Part shown: positions 38,828 to 51,500 of the stretch, piece after piece
How the letters are laid out: each line of letters begins with the position of its first letter
Position numbering within the stretch: position 1 is the stretch's first letter
From: Malacoraja senta
Taxonomy: Eukaryota
Direction of reading: 5' to 3'
Length of the DNA stretch: 64,000 nt
Assembly: GCA_038087875.1 (NCBI GenBank)
Contig: CM075989.1
Location: forward strand, 23,376,001 to 23,440,000
Position numbers and translations under genes: made by a program
The notes under the pieces: generated by a model
What the model saw: only the letters and a program-made list of their open reading frames with translations
Told to the model about the DNA's origin: nothing
Database searches by the model: none

Positions 38828-39241
38828 CAGGGGTTCCCAACCCGTTTACCCCTGGCAACTTTAATAGCACATAACAATGTTAATTCACTAGGTAGACAAA
38901 AATGCTGGTGAAACTCAGCTGGTGAGGCAGCATCTATGGAGCGAAGGAATAGGTGACGTTTCGGGTCGAGACCCTTCTTCTCTCCTTAGATGCTGTCTCA
39001 CCCGGTGAGTTTCTCCAGCATTTTTATCTACCTTCGATTTTTCCAGCATCTGCAGTTCCTTCTTAAACAATGTTATTTCATTTATTTATGAGCAACTAAT
39101 GATGACCAGATACCAGTATACCAGAACCAAACACAGTCAGTCAATGAGAACAAATATGTACAAATCCACAATCAACAAATTTACCCCCTGGGTAGGCGAA
39201 GTTTACCCCCTGGGGATAAATTTACCCCAGATTGGGAACCC
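38828..39241. mobile_element. hAT (Charlie-like) MITE with nested PLE fold-back (~38890-39067)
   Basis: Left TIR caggggttcccaacc after gtctagaa; right end ttgggaaccc then tagaa (right TIR tip and part of TSD apparently deleted). Confidence 0.7.
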
Positions 39242-40798
39242 TAGAAGTTGCTTATAATATTCCCTCAGGATCTTACAAATGTGGATAAAGTCTGGTGGAG
39301 CAGTATCACCTTTGCTCCCACTATTTTTGCAGGTGAGATTCATGAAAGCAGGAAAAGCACTTCAAAGATGGAAGCAAAGGAACATCAAGACTTTTTTTAA
39401 TTTCCAAATAATCTGCAAAGAATAAGATAAACTTCTCCAGTTTTAAATAAGAGGAAATGAAAGGTTTGGGTGACAGATAGTTCAGACGGATGATGGAAGT
39501 ATCTTAGTGATGACTGCTTTCACAGGTGTGGTTCTGATGAGTTCTTGCAGCCAGCTTGACAGGATCTTGTGTGCAGCACAAAGTACTCTACAAAAGATGG
39601 ACACACAGTGCTGGAGTAACTCAGCGGATCAGGCAGCATCTCTGGAGAATGGACATTTCGGTCAGGACCTTTCTTCAGACAAGTGGTGAATCTGTGGAAT
39701 TCATTGCCACCGAAGGCTGTGGAGGCCGGCAATGGATATTTTTAAGGCGGAGATTGACAGATTCTTGATTAGTGCGGGTGTCAGGGGTTATGGGGAGAAG
39801 GGATGCGAAAGGGATTAGGTGGGAGAGATAGATCAGCCATGATTGAATGGCGGAGTAGATTAGGCTTATTGGCCTAATTCTTCTCCTATCACTTATGAAC
39901 TTATGACTGAATTACTCCAGCATTTTGTGTCTATTTTTGGTATTAACCAGCATCTGCAGTTCTTTTTTAATTACATAAAGTACTCTACAAGTCTGATAGT
40001 CCAACACCTTTGGAACATTGACAGCAGTTCTTCTGGATTAATAGATGTTTAGGTTTCAGTTTAGTGTAGTTTATTGTCACGAGTACCGAGGTACAATGAA
40101 ACATTTTTTCACAAGTTCACAAGTTATAGGAGAAGAATTAGGCTATTCAGCCCATCTAGTCTACTCTGCCATTCAAACGTGGCTGAACTCTGCCTCCTAA
40201 TCCAATTTCCCTGCCTTCTCCCCATAACCCTTGACACCTGTTCTAATCAAGAATTTGTCTATCGCTTCCTTAAAAATATCCATTGACTTTTTTTTTGTGT
40301 GCTATCCAGTCAGTGGAAAGACTATACATGATTACAATCAAGCTGTCCACGGTGTACAGATACAGGATAAAGGGAATAACATTTAGTGCAAGATAAAGGC
40401 CAGTAAAGTCTGATTAAAGATAATCTGAGGGTCTCCAATGCAGTAGATGGGAGGTCAGGACCGCTCTCTGGTTAGTGATAGGATGGTTTGGTTCACTTCC
40501 TATCACTGTTCCAACATACTTTGATGTCATTGTTTTTATTGTCATATGTCCCAAAACGGAACAATGACATTCTTACACAGCAGGATAATAATTTTACAGA
40601 GCTCACAGTGAGTTTAAAGAGAGCAGGACATTATCACACCTGTCTCTGGTTCAGACCACAAACCTAACTGCATCACAAATCCCTATTGTTCCAGATACCA
40701 AATCTGGCCACACCCTCACTTACACTGTGGACACGGACTCATATTTAGAACAATGAGTGAGTCAGATGCTGGACTAATTTAGTTTAGTTTTAACTAAA

Positions 40799-41172
40799 GT
40801 CCAACACTTTAACTCCTCCTCCCATTCCCACACTGACCTCTCTGTCCTGGGCCTCCTCCATTGTCAGAGTGAGGCACAGCCCAAATCGGAGGAACAGCAC
40901 CTCATATTTCGCTTTAGTAGCTTACACCCCAGCGGTATGAACATTGACTTCTCTAACTTCAAGTGGACCTTGCTTTCCCTCTCTCCCATCCCCTCCCCCT
41001 TCCCAATACTCCCACCAGTCTGACTGTATCCGACTACGTTCTATATCTGTACTGCCCCCTCCCCTGACATCAGTCTGAAGAAGGGTCTCGACCCCAAACA
41101 TCACCCATTCCTTCTCTCCAGAGACGCTGCCTGTTCCACTGAGTTATTCCAGCATTTTGTGTTCTTTCCTAC
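40799..41172 (+). mobile_element. Penelope-like element 3' end (GIY-YIG C-terminus plus terminal repeat)
   Basis: QHFNSSSHSHTDLSVLGLLHCQSEAQPKSEEQHLIFRFSSLHPSGMNIDFSNFK, then ctgaagaagggtctcgaccccaaacatc near 41075. Confidence 0.9.
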
Positions 41173-41176
41173 ACTA

Positions 41177-42602
41177 TTAGTTTAGTTTTAGTTTAGTCTA
41201 AGGATACAGTGCGGGAACAGGCCCTTCGGTCCCTCGAGTCTGCACTGACCAGTGATCCCCGCTCACTAACACTACCCTACACACACTGGGGACAATTTAA
41301 TATTTATACCAAGTCAAGTCAAGTCACATTTATTTATATAGCACATTTAAAAAACAACTCTCGTTGGCCAAAGTGCTTTACATTTGTTATAAGAATAGTA
41401 TAAACAAACAAACTACATACATATATACATATAGCCCTCGTTCAGAGGACGTCAAGAAAGGCTTGGGCGTATAGATACGTTTTTAGTCTTGACTTAAAGG
41501 AGTCGATAGAGGGGGCAGTTCTGATGGGAAGGGGGATGCTGTTCCACAGTCTAGGAGCTGCAACCGCAAAGGCGCGGTCGCCCCTGAGCTTATGCCTATT
41601 CAGCAACCCCAAGTCGGCTGATCTGAGGGACCTGGAGGTGGAGTGGTGGGTGAGAAGACTTTTAATGTAGGTGGGGGCAAGCCCATTGAGGGCTTTGTAG
41701 ACATAGAGGAGGATCTTGAAATGTATACGGAACCGCACAGGGAGCCAGTGGAGAGAGGCCAGGATCGGGGTGATGTGGTCCCTTTTTCGGGTGCCCGTCA
41801 GGAGTCTCGCTGCGGCGTTATGGACCAGTTGCAGGCGGGACAGGGAAGATTGGCTGATGCCAGTGTAAAGGGAGTTGCAGTAATCTAGGCGGGAGGAGAT
41901 AAATGTGTGGATGATCTTTTCGAGGTCATCAAAGTGGAGGAATTGTTTTATTTTAGCTATCGTCCGAAGCTGAAAGAAGCTAGCTTTTACCAGGGCATTG
42001 AGTTGTTTGTCAAATTTCAGTGCTGAGTCAAAAATCACGCCTAGGTTTTTGATGTGAGGTTTGAGTAGTGGGGTAAGGCTTCCAAGGCTGCCTGCTATCA
42101 TTTTGATTGAGTCCGAGGGGCCGAGAAGGATGACCTCAGACTTACTCTCGTTTAGTTGGAGGAAGTTCTGGGCCATCCAACACTTTATATCCTCGAGGCA
42201 GTGGGTAAGGTTAAACAGATTTGATTGTTTTTTGGGCTTCAGGGGAGATAGAGTTGTGTATCATCTGCGTAGCAATGGAAGGAAATACCGTGCCTTTCAA
42301 TGACTTGGCCTAAGGGGAGCATATACAGGGAGAAGAGAATGGGGCCAAGGATGGAACCTTGTGGAACCCCACAGCAAAGATTAGCTGGGGAGGAGAAAGA
42401 GTTGCCTATGTTACCAAGCCAATTAACCTACAAACCTGCACGTCTTTGGAGTGTGGGAGGAAACTGAAGATCTCAGAGAAAACCCACGCAGGTCATGGGG
42501 AGAACGTACAAACTCCGAACAGACAGCACCCGTAGTCGGGATCGAACCTGGGTCTCTGGCGCTGTGAGGCAGCAACTCTACCGCTGCGCCACCGTGCCAC
42601 CC
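41177..42602 (-). mobile_element. tRNA-derived SINE split by an L2 insertion
   Basis: SINE 3' part 41177-41313 and 5' part 42412-42602 join at taccaag. Confidence 0.87.
41314..42411 (-). mobile_element. 5'-truncated L2-clade LINE (RT pseudogene)
   Basis: [10 protein letters not shown] and [10 protein letters not shown] (42260-42370), a frameshift, then 244-aa ORF ..SSRLDYCNSL..NAAARLL..HITPILASLHWLPV; (gactt)n tail; taccaag duplicated. Confidence 0.95.
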
Positions 42603-43697
42603 TAGCTTAGTCTAGCTTATTGTCACGTGTACCGAGGTACAGTGAAAAGCTTTTGTTGCGTGCTGACCAGTCAGTGGAAAGGCTAGACATGATTACAATC
42701 GAGCCACCACAGTTTACAGACTCATGGTAAAGGGAATAACGTGAATAATGTTTAGTGCAAGATAAAGCCAGTGAAATCCAAACAGGACTAGCAGGATTTC
42801 CCAACCATCATCTGATGCAGGGTTATCTGAGGTTTACTTTTGTAAAAATATTAAACATAAACCAGGGCATTTTATTATTCAGTATGTTATTGCATTTTTC
42901 TGATACTGAAACTGGCTCCATTTACCTGAGTAAACAGTAAAAATCATTGATATTTTACAAATAATAAGAAAAATATTGTAACAAAGAAAACCCAGGAAGC
43001 ATGTTAATTAATTATAGTTTTCATCACACAGGCTCTGTGTATCTGAAGCATCTTTAATCTTTAAAAAAAAAAAGAGATATATTTATATTGTGTTTATTTT
43101 CACGTCCAATCCACGTCGGCAGAGAAGTTCCAATTATATGAACTACATTGTTCTGCTCCGACATCTTGTTCTAGTTTCCCTGACAACACCATTGCACGAT
43201 GTCAAATGTGATAGGCTCCCCACCACAATTTAGATGCACAAAGCATAATATTAGTAAATACAGATTTCACTCCAGAACTTCACAGTATATGCTTGGAGCA
43301 TTAGGCTGAATAGTTAGACTGCTTCATATAGATTTAATATTTTTATGTTTAAAATTCTTATTCTCTTGGTTAAATCGCAGCCTGTTCCTCCATAGCTCTG
43401 CGGTTTACTACAATCTTATGAATTCTCTTGTTCCTTTGACAATTGCCTCCTGTGCCGCACCACCCCTCCCCCCTGTTCTCTCGCCATCCCCCCACCCCCT
43501 CCCCCATCTCTGCACTGTCAGTGTTCCTCTCAAGCCCACGTCTTTCGATCCCCCCCTCTTTCTTTTCCTTGACACTCCTTAAAATCCACAGCCTACGAAA
43601 ATTCCTTCCATACATTCATTGTGAATTATTCAGTAATTTATCCTGTGCCATTTTCCACACAATCAACTCAGGGGGTACAGTAACTTCAAAGGGTGTG

Positions 43698-44005
43698 GGG
43701 TGACACGGTGGCGTAGCGGTAGAGTTGCTGCCTCACAGCGCCAGAGACCCGGGTTCGATCCTGAGTACGGGCGCTGTCTGTACGGAATTTGTACGTTCTT
43801 TCCGTGACCTGCGTTGGTTTTCTCCGGAATCTCCGGTTTCCTCCCACACTCCAGACATACAGGTTTGTAGGCTAATTGGATTAGTAAAATTGTAAATTGT
43901 CCCTAGTGTGTGTAGGATATTGTTAGTGTATAGGGATTGCTGGTCGGCATGGTCTCGTTGTGCCGAAGGACCTGTTTCAACGCTGTATCTCTAAACTAAA
44001 CTAAA
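43698..44005 (+). mobile_element. Full-length tRNA-derived SINE
   Basis: A box tggcgtagcgg, B box ggttcgatcc, (aaact)n tail. Confidence 0.9.
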
Positions 44006-44007
44006 TT

Positions 44008-44455
44008 AAGAAGATTTGCGAGGATGTTGCCAGGACTCGAGGGCCTGAGCTACAGGGAGAGGTTGAGCAGGCCAGGACTTTATTCCTTGGAGAGCAGGAG
44101 GAAGAGGGGTGATCTTATAGAGGTATACATCATGAAAGGGACAGATAGTGTAAATGCACCAAGTCTTTTACCCAGAGTAGAGGAATCAAGAACCGGAGGA
44201 GGGGGGTTTAAGGTGAGGGGGGGAAAGATTTAATGGGAACCTGAGGGGCAACCTTTTTACATAAAGAGTGATAGATATATGGAACGAGCTGCTGGAGGAG
44301 GTAGTGAAGGCGGGTACTATCACAACGTTTAAGAAATATTGGACAGGTACATGGATAGGGTAGGTTTAGTGGGATTTGGGCCATATATAGGCAGGTGGGT
44401 CGAGTATAGATGGGGCATGCTGGTTGGCGTGGGCAAGTTGGGCCAAAGGGAGTCT
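44008..44455 (+). mobile_element. CR1 3' end
   Basis: MLPGLEGLSYRERLSRPGLYSLESRRKRGDLIEVY. Confidence 0.87.
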
Positions 44456-44959
44456 GTGAGGAGTTTGCACATTATCCCGCCTATTTCCTTCGCTCCATAG
44501 ATGCTGCTGCACCCGCTGAGTTTCTCCAGCATTTTTGTGTACCTTCGATTTTCCAGCATCTGCAGTTCCTTCTTTAACACAACATCCCTGTAACCATATG
44601 TGTTTGCCCTGAGTTTTCGGGTTTCCTCCCACAAGCCAAAGACACGCAGGTTTGTAGTTTAATTGGCTGCTGTAGATCATCCCTCCTGAGTGGGTGAGAG
44701 GTAAAATCTACAGGCAGATGGTGGCAATGTGGGGAGAACAGAAAATATGAGTCAAGAGTCACAATCACAATAATACTTTAGTAGCCAAGTATGTTTTGCA
44801 ACATAAGAGGAATTTCTTTTGCCAAGTCAGTCATACAAATAAAAAGCAACGGAACACACAAAATACATTTTAACATAAACATCCACCACAGTGACTCCTC
44901 CACATTCCTCACTGTGATGGAAGGCGAAAAAAAGTTCAAATTTCTTCCCTTCTTTGCTT

Positions 44960-45815
44960 AGGTGTTTTGTTGTCATAAGTCCCAAAATGAAACAATAAAA
45001 TCCTTCCTTGCAGCAGGACAGCAGACATGTGAACATAATACGCTGCAAACACCCGAATAAACAACAACAATAACAGTGCAAAGACAAAAACAATACCTCT
45101 CAGGTTTATGTAGATCAGAGTTTATTTGGAGGTTGTCGTGTTTAATAGCCTGATTTGTTGTAGGGAAGAAGCTGTTCCTGAACCTGGACGTTACAGTTTT
45201 CAGGCTCTTGTACCTTCTCCCCAATGGCAGGAGTCAGGCACGGAAATCGCTGTCAAAACATGCGGGGGACACAATTTCTTGGCGGCCACGAGCGCGCATG
45301 TGGACACACGCGAGGCTTCGGCCGTGGGCCCTGTGGACGGTAACATCGGGAGCTGACCTGGTTGGTGACCGACTCCAAACTCCAGCAACTTCGTCCGCCC
45401 CGAATCGTTGGGCTTGAATCGGCCCATTCGCGGGGGTCTTTCATCGGCCGGTGGGGGCTTCAACATCGGGAGCCTCGATCGCCTTGATGCAGCAGTTTGA
45501 TTTTAAGCCGCGCCGGGCGCTGAAAGGCCCCGCGAACGGGCCGATTCAGCCCTTAGAAAGCGGCTGATAAAGTCCGGATTACAAAACATGGAGGGGGGAA
45601 TCGTCCCCCACCTCTCAAAGCTGGGGTGGGGGGTGGGAGGGGGGGGGGACATTTCCCCCCTGTCCCCCCAGGATTTCCCGCCCCTGGCAGGAGTAATATT
45701 ACAGCATGGCCAGGGTGGTGTGGGTCTCTGATGATGCTGGCTGCCAGTTTGAGGCAGCGACTCTTGTAGATCCCTTCGATAGTGGGGAGGTCAGTACCTG
45801 TGATGGACCCGTGAT
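44960..45815 (-). mobile_element. Rex1/Babar-type fragment interrupted by a hAT element
   Basis: TDLPTIEGIYKSRCLKLAASIIRDPHHPGHAVI / GRRYKSLKTVTSRFRNSFFP on either side of the insert. Confidence 0.82.
45235..45686. mobile_element. CpG-rich non-autonomous hAT-type element
   Basis: 8-bp TSD gcaggagt (45227-45234, 45687-45694); imperfect TIR caggcacggaaatc/gatttcccgcccctg. Confidence 0.8.
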
Positions 45816-45859
45816 GATTCATGTAAATGGATGTTAGATGGTAGGCCCGGATTTTTTTT

Positions 45860-46160
45860 TTATAGAGATACAGCACGGAAACAGGCCCTTCGGCCCACCA
45901 GCTCCGCGTCGACCAGCGATCCCTGCATATTAACACTATCCTACACACACTAGGGACAATTTTTACATTTACCAAGCCAATTACCTACATACCTGTACGT
46001 CTTTGGGGTGTGGGAGGAAACTGAAGATCTTGGAGAAAACCCATGCAGGTCACGGGGAGAACGTGCAAACTCCGTACAGACAGCACCCGTAGTCAGGATC
46101 GAACCCGGGTCTCCGGCGCTGCAAGCGCTGTAAGGCAACAACTCAACCGTTGAGCCACCC
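45860..46160 (-). mobile_element. tRNA-derived SINE
   Basis: SINE consensus. Further copies at 47685-47980(+), 49485-49765(+), 50740-51265(-, interrupted), 54028-54330(-), 59897-60405(+, interrupted). Confidence 0.88.
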
Positions 46161-46624
46161 AAATTTGATGGGCCAAAGGGCCTGTTTCCTTGCTTGTGTC
46201 TCTCTCGTGACTCTCCCTATCTCTTCATGGAGTGAAGGTTTGTTGCCATTGCTGATGGGCTGCTGATACATGAAACCATTGCACTCGCAAAAGCACAAAG
46301 CAAACACACTCTCTGTAAACTGTCAGGGACTCTGCGGACAATGTAACTTGGAAAAGTTTACCCCAGTTAGACAATGAGGAGACACGTGAGGGACTGCGGA
46401 CTTCATTCACTACACTACGTGCACTCGTAGCATTGACTTGGGGACTTTATCCTTTAAGCCTGCAGGGGGAGACAACTGAAAGGGAAATATCTGAAGATAG
46501 ACACAAAAAGCTGGAGTAACTGGGACAGGCAGCATCTCTGGAGAGAAGTAGTGGGTAACGTTTCGGGTCGAGACCCTTCTTCAGAATGCCAGTGGGCCTT
46601 GCTTTAAGAGCATGCACACAAGAC

Positions 46625-47040
46625 ATAGGCACAGAATTAGGCCATTCAGCCCATCGATTTTACGCCATTCAATCATGGCGAATCTATCTTTCCCTTTCAA
46701 CCCATTCTGCCTTCTCCCCATAACCCTTGATGCCTGTACTAATCAAAACCTATCAATCGCAGCTTTAAAAATACCCAATGACTTGGCCTCCACCGTCTTC
46801 TGTGGCAATGAATTCCACAAATTTACCACCCTCTGTCTTAAGAAATGCCTTCCCATCTCCATTTTAAAGGTACCTCCTTTTAATTTGAGGGGGTGGCCTC
46901 TAGTCTTAAACACTCCCACTAGTGGGAACATCCTCTCCACATCCACTCTATCCAGGCCTTTCACTATTCTGTAAGTTTCAATGAGATCCCCTTCAGGTTT
47001 TTAAACTCTAGCGAGTACAGGCCCAGATCCATCAAACACT
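46625..47040 (-). mobile_element. CR1 3' end
   Basis: KGLDRVDVERMFPLVG..RGHPLKLKG..QRVVNLWNSLP. Confidence 0.88.
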
Positions 47041-48354
47041 AAGCAGTGAGTTAGTAATGGAACGATTGTTTATCCAATGATGTTTTGCAATTGGCTGTAA
47101 GTTGTCTAACAAGAGAGTGTAATGTTTAACCCAGCAATAAGCCGTCATGTGTAATAAGCTCTGCTTGACAGGTGGAAGATTTTTGGAGTTTGGGCGAGGA
47201 TACTGTTGTCATGAACAAGCTGTACCTCTTTTAATTAGTATAAATCTCCCCCTCTTCAGTGTTTCCCCTATTTCGGAAAATTCTTAGCCACAGAAGGCTG
47301 TGGAGGCCAAGTCAATGGATCTTTTTAAGATAGATTCTTGTTCAGTACGGGTGTCAGAGGCTATGGGGAGAAGGCAGGAGAATGGGGTTAGGAGGGAGAG
47401 ATAGATCAGCCATGTGTAGGAAAGAACTGCAGATGCTGGTTTAAATCGAAGGATAGATCAGCCATGAGTGAATGGCGGAGTAGACGTGATAGGCCAAAGG
47501 GCCTAATTCTGCTCCTATCTCTTATGATCTTCCACTTTGCCAATCTGTACACTCATCACTTCCATTAGCCAATTATTTTGTGCGCACCAGGACTCTAATA
47601 ATAACAGTGAGTCAAACGACCATTAATGTTCTTTTATCGGCTGAGGAAAGAACACAGGCCAGACTTTCTTGCTGTACTTTTGGGACTGCACGGTGGCGCA
47701 GCGGTAAAGTTGCTGCCGTACAGCGCCAGAGACCCGGGTTCGATCCTGACTACGGATGCTGTCTGTACGGAGTGTGTACTTTCTCCCTGTGACCTCCATG
47801 GGTTTTCTCCGGGTGCTCTGGTTTCCTTCCACATCCCAAAGACGTGCAGGTTTGTAGGTTAAATGGCTTCTGTAAAATTGTCCCTAGTGTGTAGGATAGT
47901 GGTAGTGTACGGGGTGATTGCTGGTCCGTGCGGTGGGCCGGTGCGGCTGTTTCCACGCTGTATTCTTAAACTAAACTACTAAAGCTATGCAGGTGCTTTG
48001 GTTGACTGCAATGCTCATCGACATGGAGGAACTGGGCAATTGCACACTTAGTTGCGAAAACTGGTTGGTAGAACCAGAGGTCATGGGTTTATGGTGAGGG
48101 GGGGGGAAACGATTTAAATACAACCTGAGGGGTAACTTTTTTTACACATAAGGTGGTGGGTGTGTGGAACAAGCTGCCGGAGGAGGTAGTTGAGGCAGGG
48201 ACTATTGCAACATTTAAGAAACATTTGGACAGGTACGTGGATAGGACAGGTTTAGAGGGATATGGGCTAAACGCAGGCAGGTGGGACTAGTGTAGATGGT
48301 ACCTGTTGGTTGGTGTGGGCATGTTGGGCTGAAGGGCTTGTTTCCACGTTGTAT

Positions 48355-48563
48355 TTAAGAAGGAACTGCAGATGCTGGAAAATCGAAGTTAGACAAAAGT
48401 GCTGGAGAAACTCAGCGGGTGCAGCAGCATCTATGGAGCGAAGGAAATAGGCAACGTTTTGGGCCGAGAGTCTGAAGAACGGTTTCGGCCCGAAACGTTG
48501 CTTATTTCCTTCGCTCCATAGATGCTGCTGCACCCGCTGAGTTTCTCCAGCACTTTTGTCTAC
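48355..48563. mobile_element. PLE fold-back element with 14-bp TSD
   Basis: tttccacgttgtat on both sides; inverted arms; core ctgaagaacggtttcggcccgaaacgtt. Confidence 0.85.
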
Positions 48564-51500
48564 TTTCCACGTTGTATGACTATTACATGCTCAAATCTCT
48601 GGTTATGACCTCTTGCACGGAGGCACGGGTTGAAGGCACCGACCCAAAATTACAACTCATCAACTTCCACTCTGCAAAATTTTTGTTTTCCAGTTATATT
48701 CCCGCACAATCCGCCTCTGGAAGGTGATTAGCCACTCTTCTCCTATTATAATATTACATGGTTCTCATGTGTGATGCTTTCTGTGTCGGTTTCCCATGTT
48801 CATTCATAATTATAACAATCATCTCTTTATATTGTGGTAATAGGAAGGAACTGCAGATGCGGGTTTACAACGAAGATAGGCACAAAATGCTGGAGTAACT
48901 CAGCGGGTCAGACAGCATTTCTGGAGAAAAGGGATGTCGACATTTTAGGTCGGAACCCTTCTTCATGTCTGTATAAGGGTCCCGACCCGAAACGTCACCT
49001 ATTCCGTTTCTCCAGCGATGCTGCCTGACCCGCTGAGTTACTCCACCATTTTGTGTTGTCTCTTTATATTATTTGCGTTTGAGCTGACAGCTTCACTCAT
49101 TTTTCTTTCTTCTGTCTTTGTTATCTATGTAGCTATAGCAACCATCTCTTCTACCCACTGGCTGGAAATATTAAATGCACCACTGTGTGGATGTTATAGA
49201 GCACCCAATGTCATTTCCACTGCTAGTGCCTTTCTTCAGGCGATATTCTGTGCCTGCTTTGTCCAAATAGAGAAAGACAGACTCGCATTTAAAAGCATCG
49301 TGGATGATTTGAGGGGATCCCATCGCCCTTCACGTTTCATGAAGGAGTTTCCAGAGTAATACTGTGAACAGCAAGTTCACACAATCAGTTGCGTGGTATT
49401 AACAAACAAATTGGCTTGAGTGAGATAAGTGTTAGGCTGCTCTGGAAGGTTCGATCGCATGGCATCCATTAGAGCTAGCTGACTGGATGGCATGGTGACG
49501 CAGCGGTAGAGTTGCTGCCTCACAGCGCCAGAGACCCGGGATCGATCCCGACTATGGGTGCTGTCTGTATGGGGTTTGTACGTTCTCCTGCGTGGGTTTT
49601 CTCCAGGTGCTCCGGTTTCCTCCCACATTCCAAAGATGTGCAGGTTTGCAGGTTAATTGGCTTCTGTAAATTTTCCCTAGTGTGTGCGAGTAATCTCTGG
49701 TCGGTGCGGACACGGCGGGCCAAAGGGCCTGTTTCTACGTTGTATCATTAAAATAAAATAAACTAAATTAAAATTAAACTGATTATAGAAAGAAGCAAAG
49801 AGAGTAGCCCCGGTGGAAAATGAGGAACCATCAATAGAGGATCAATAGTGTAAAGGGAACTGAAAGATACCAAAATGAAGTATCGAAACAGAAAGAAAGA
49901 AGTAATGCAATGACAGCAAATCTTCATCTACAAACCCAGAGCTCAACAAAAAAGATTCTCCAATACATTACTAGACATGGTCAGTTGCTGCAGTCCTATT
50001 CCAGAACTGGTGAATGGTTACAATCTTTATCCCATGGTCATCTATCACTAGAGGGCATAGGTTTAAGGTGAGAGGGAAGAGACTGAAAGGGGTCCCGAGA
50101 GGCAACCTTTGCACACTGGAAGTAGTGGGTGTTTGGGACCAGCTGCCAGAGGAAGTGGTAGAGGTAGTTAGGCAAAAATAGCTAGGAAATTTAAAAGACA
50201 TTTGGACAAGAACATTGGTAGGAATAATTTAGAGGGATATGGGCCCAACACAAGCAAATGGGATTTATTCAGTTAGGCAATTTGGCTAACATGGATGAGA
50301 TGGGCCGAAGGACCTGCTTCTGTGACTTCAGGGGTGTCAGGGGTTTTGGGGTGAAGGCAGGAGAATGGGGTTAGGAAGAAGTGACGGATTGGCCATGATT
50401 GAATGGCGGAGTAGACTTGATGGGCCAAATGGCCTAATTCTGCTCCGATCACTTATGACCTGATGACTTTATGACACAAGTGCAGACAAAACCAACCTAA
50501 ATATGTAAAGGAAGAAATAAACATTCATGCACAAAGACTAAGACACACACTTCCAGTAAAGGCTTCTGAATAGTGAAGCAAAACAAAAAGTTATTTCAGA
50601 GACGAGTTTCAGTTTCGTCATCAGTTGAGTCATTTCAACTTTAAGTTTAGCAATAGGTTGCAGTAGTTTCCAGTTTCGACTGAAACTAAGCTTGTCATGA
50701 GTGAATAGAATTACAGACCAAAGACATTTTTGTGAAGCGCTTTAGACTTTAGAGATACAGCGCAGAAACAGGCCCCTTGGCCCATCGAGTCGGTGCCGAC
50801 CAGCGATCACCCCATACACTATCACTATCCTACACACTAGGGACAATTTACAATTTTACTGAAGCCAGTTAACGTACAAACATGCATGTCTTTGGAATGT
50901 GGGAGGAAACTGGAGCAATATACAATAGACAATGGACAATAGGTGCAGGAGTAGGCCATTTGGCCCTTCGAGCCAGCACCGCCATTCACTGTGATCATGG
51001 CTGATCATTCCCAATCAGTACCCCATTCCTGCCTTCTCCCCATATCCCCTGACTCCGCTATTTTTAAGAGCCCTATCTAGCTCTCTCTTGAAAGCATCCA
51101 GAGAACCTGCCTCCACCGCCCTCTGAGGCAGAGAGCACCCGGAATAAACCCACGCGATCACAGGGAAAACGTACAAACTCCGTACAATCACCCATAGTCA
51201 GAATCAAACCCGAGTCTCTGGCGCTGTAAGGCAGCAACTCGACCGCTGTGCCACCATGCCGCCCTTAATCCTCACAAATGCTACTTGACAGTATTTTGTT
51301 AATGTGTAAGGAGCTGCAGCTTACAACGCAGCGGTATGAATATGAGACGGTATGAGTGTGAAAAAGGGCCTCGACCCAAAACGTCACCCATTCCTTCTAT
51401 CTAGAGATGCTGCCTGTCCTGCTGCGTTTCTCCACATTTTGTGTCTATCTTTGGTATGAATATTGATTTTTCTAACTCCAAGTAACCCTTGCTTCCCCTT

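Noticed and set aside
41442..42176. 244-aa ORF as a host gene
   Set aside because: Truncated L2 reverse transcriptase with an upstream frameshift
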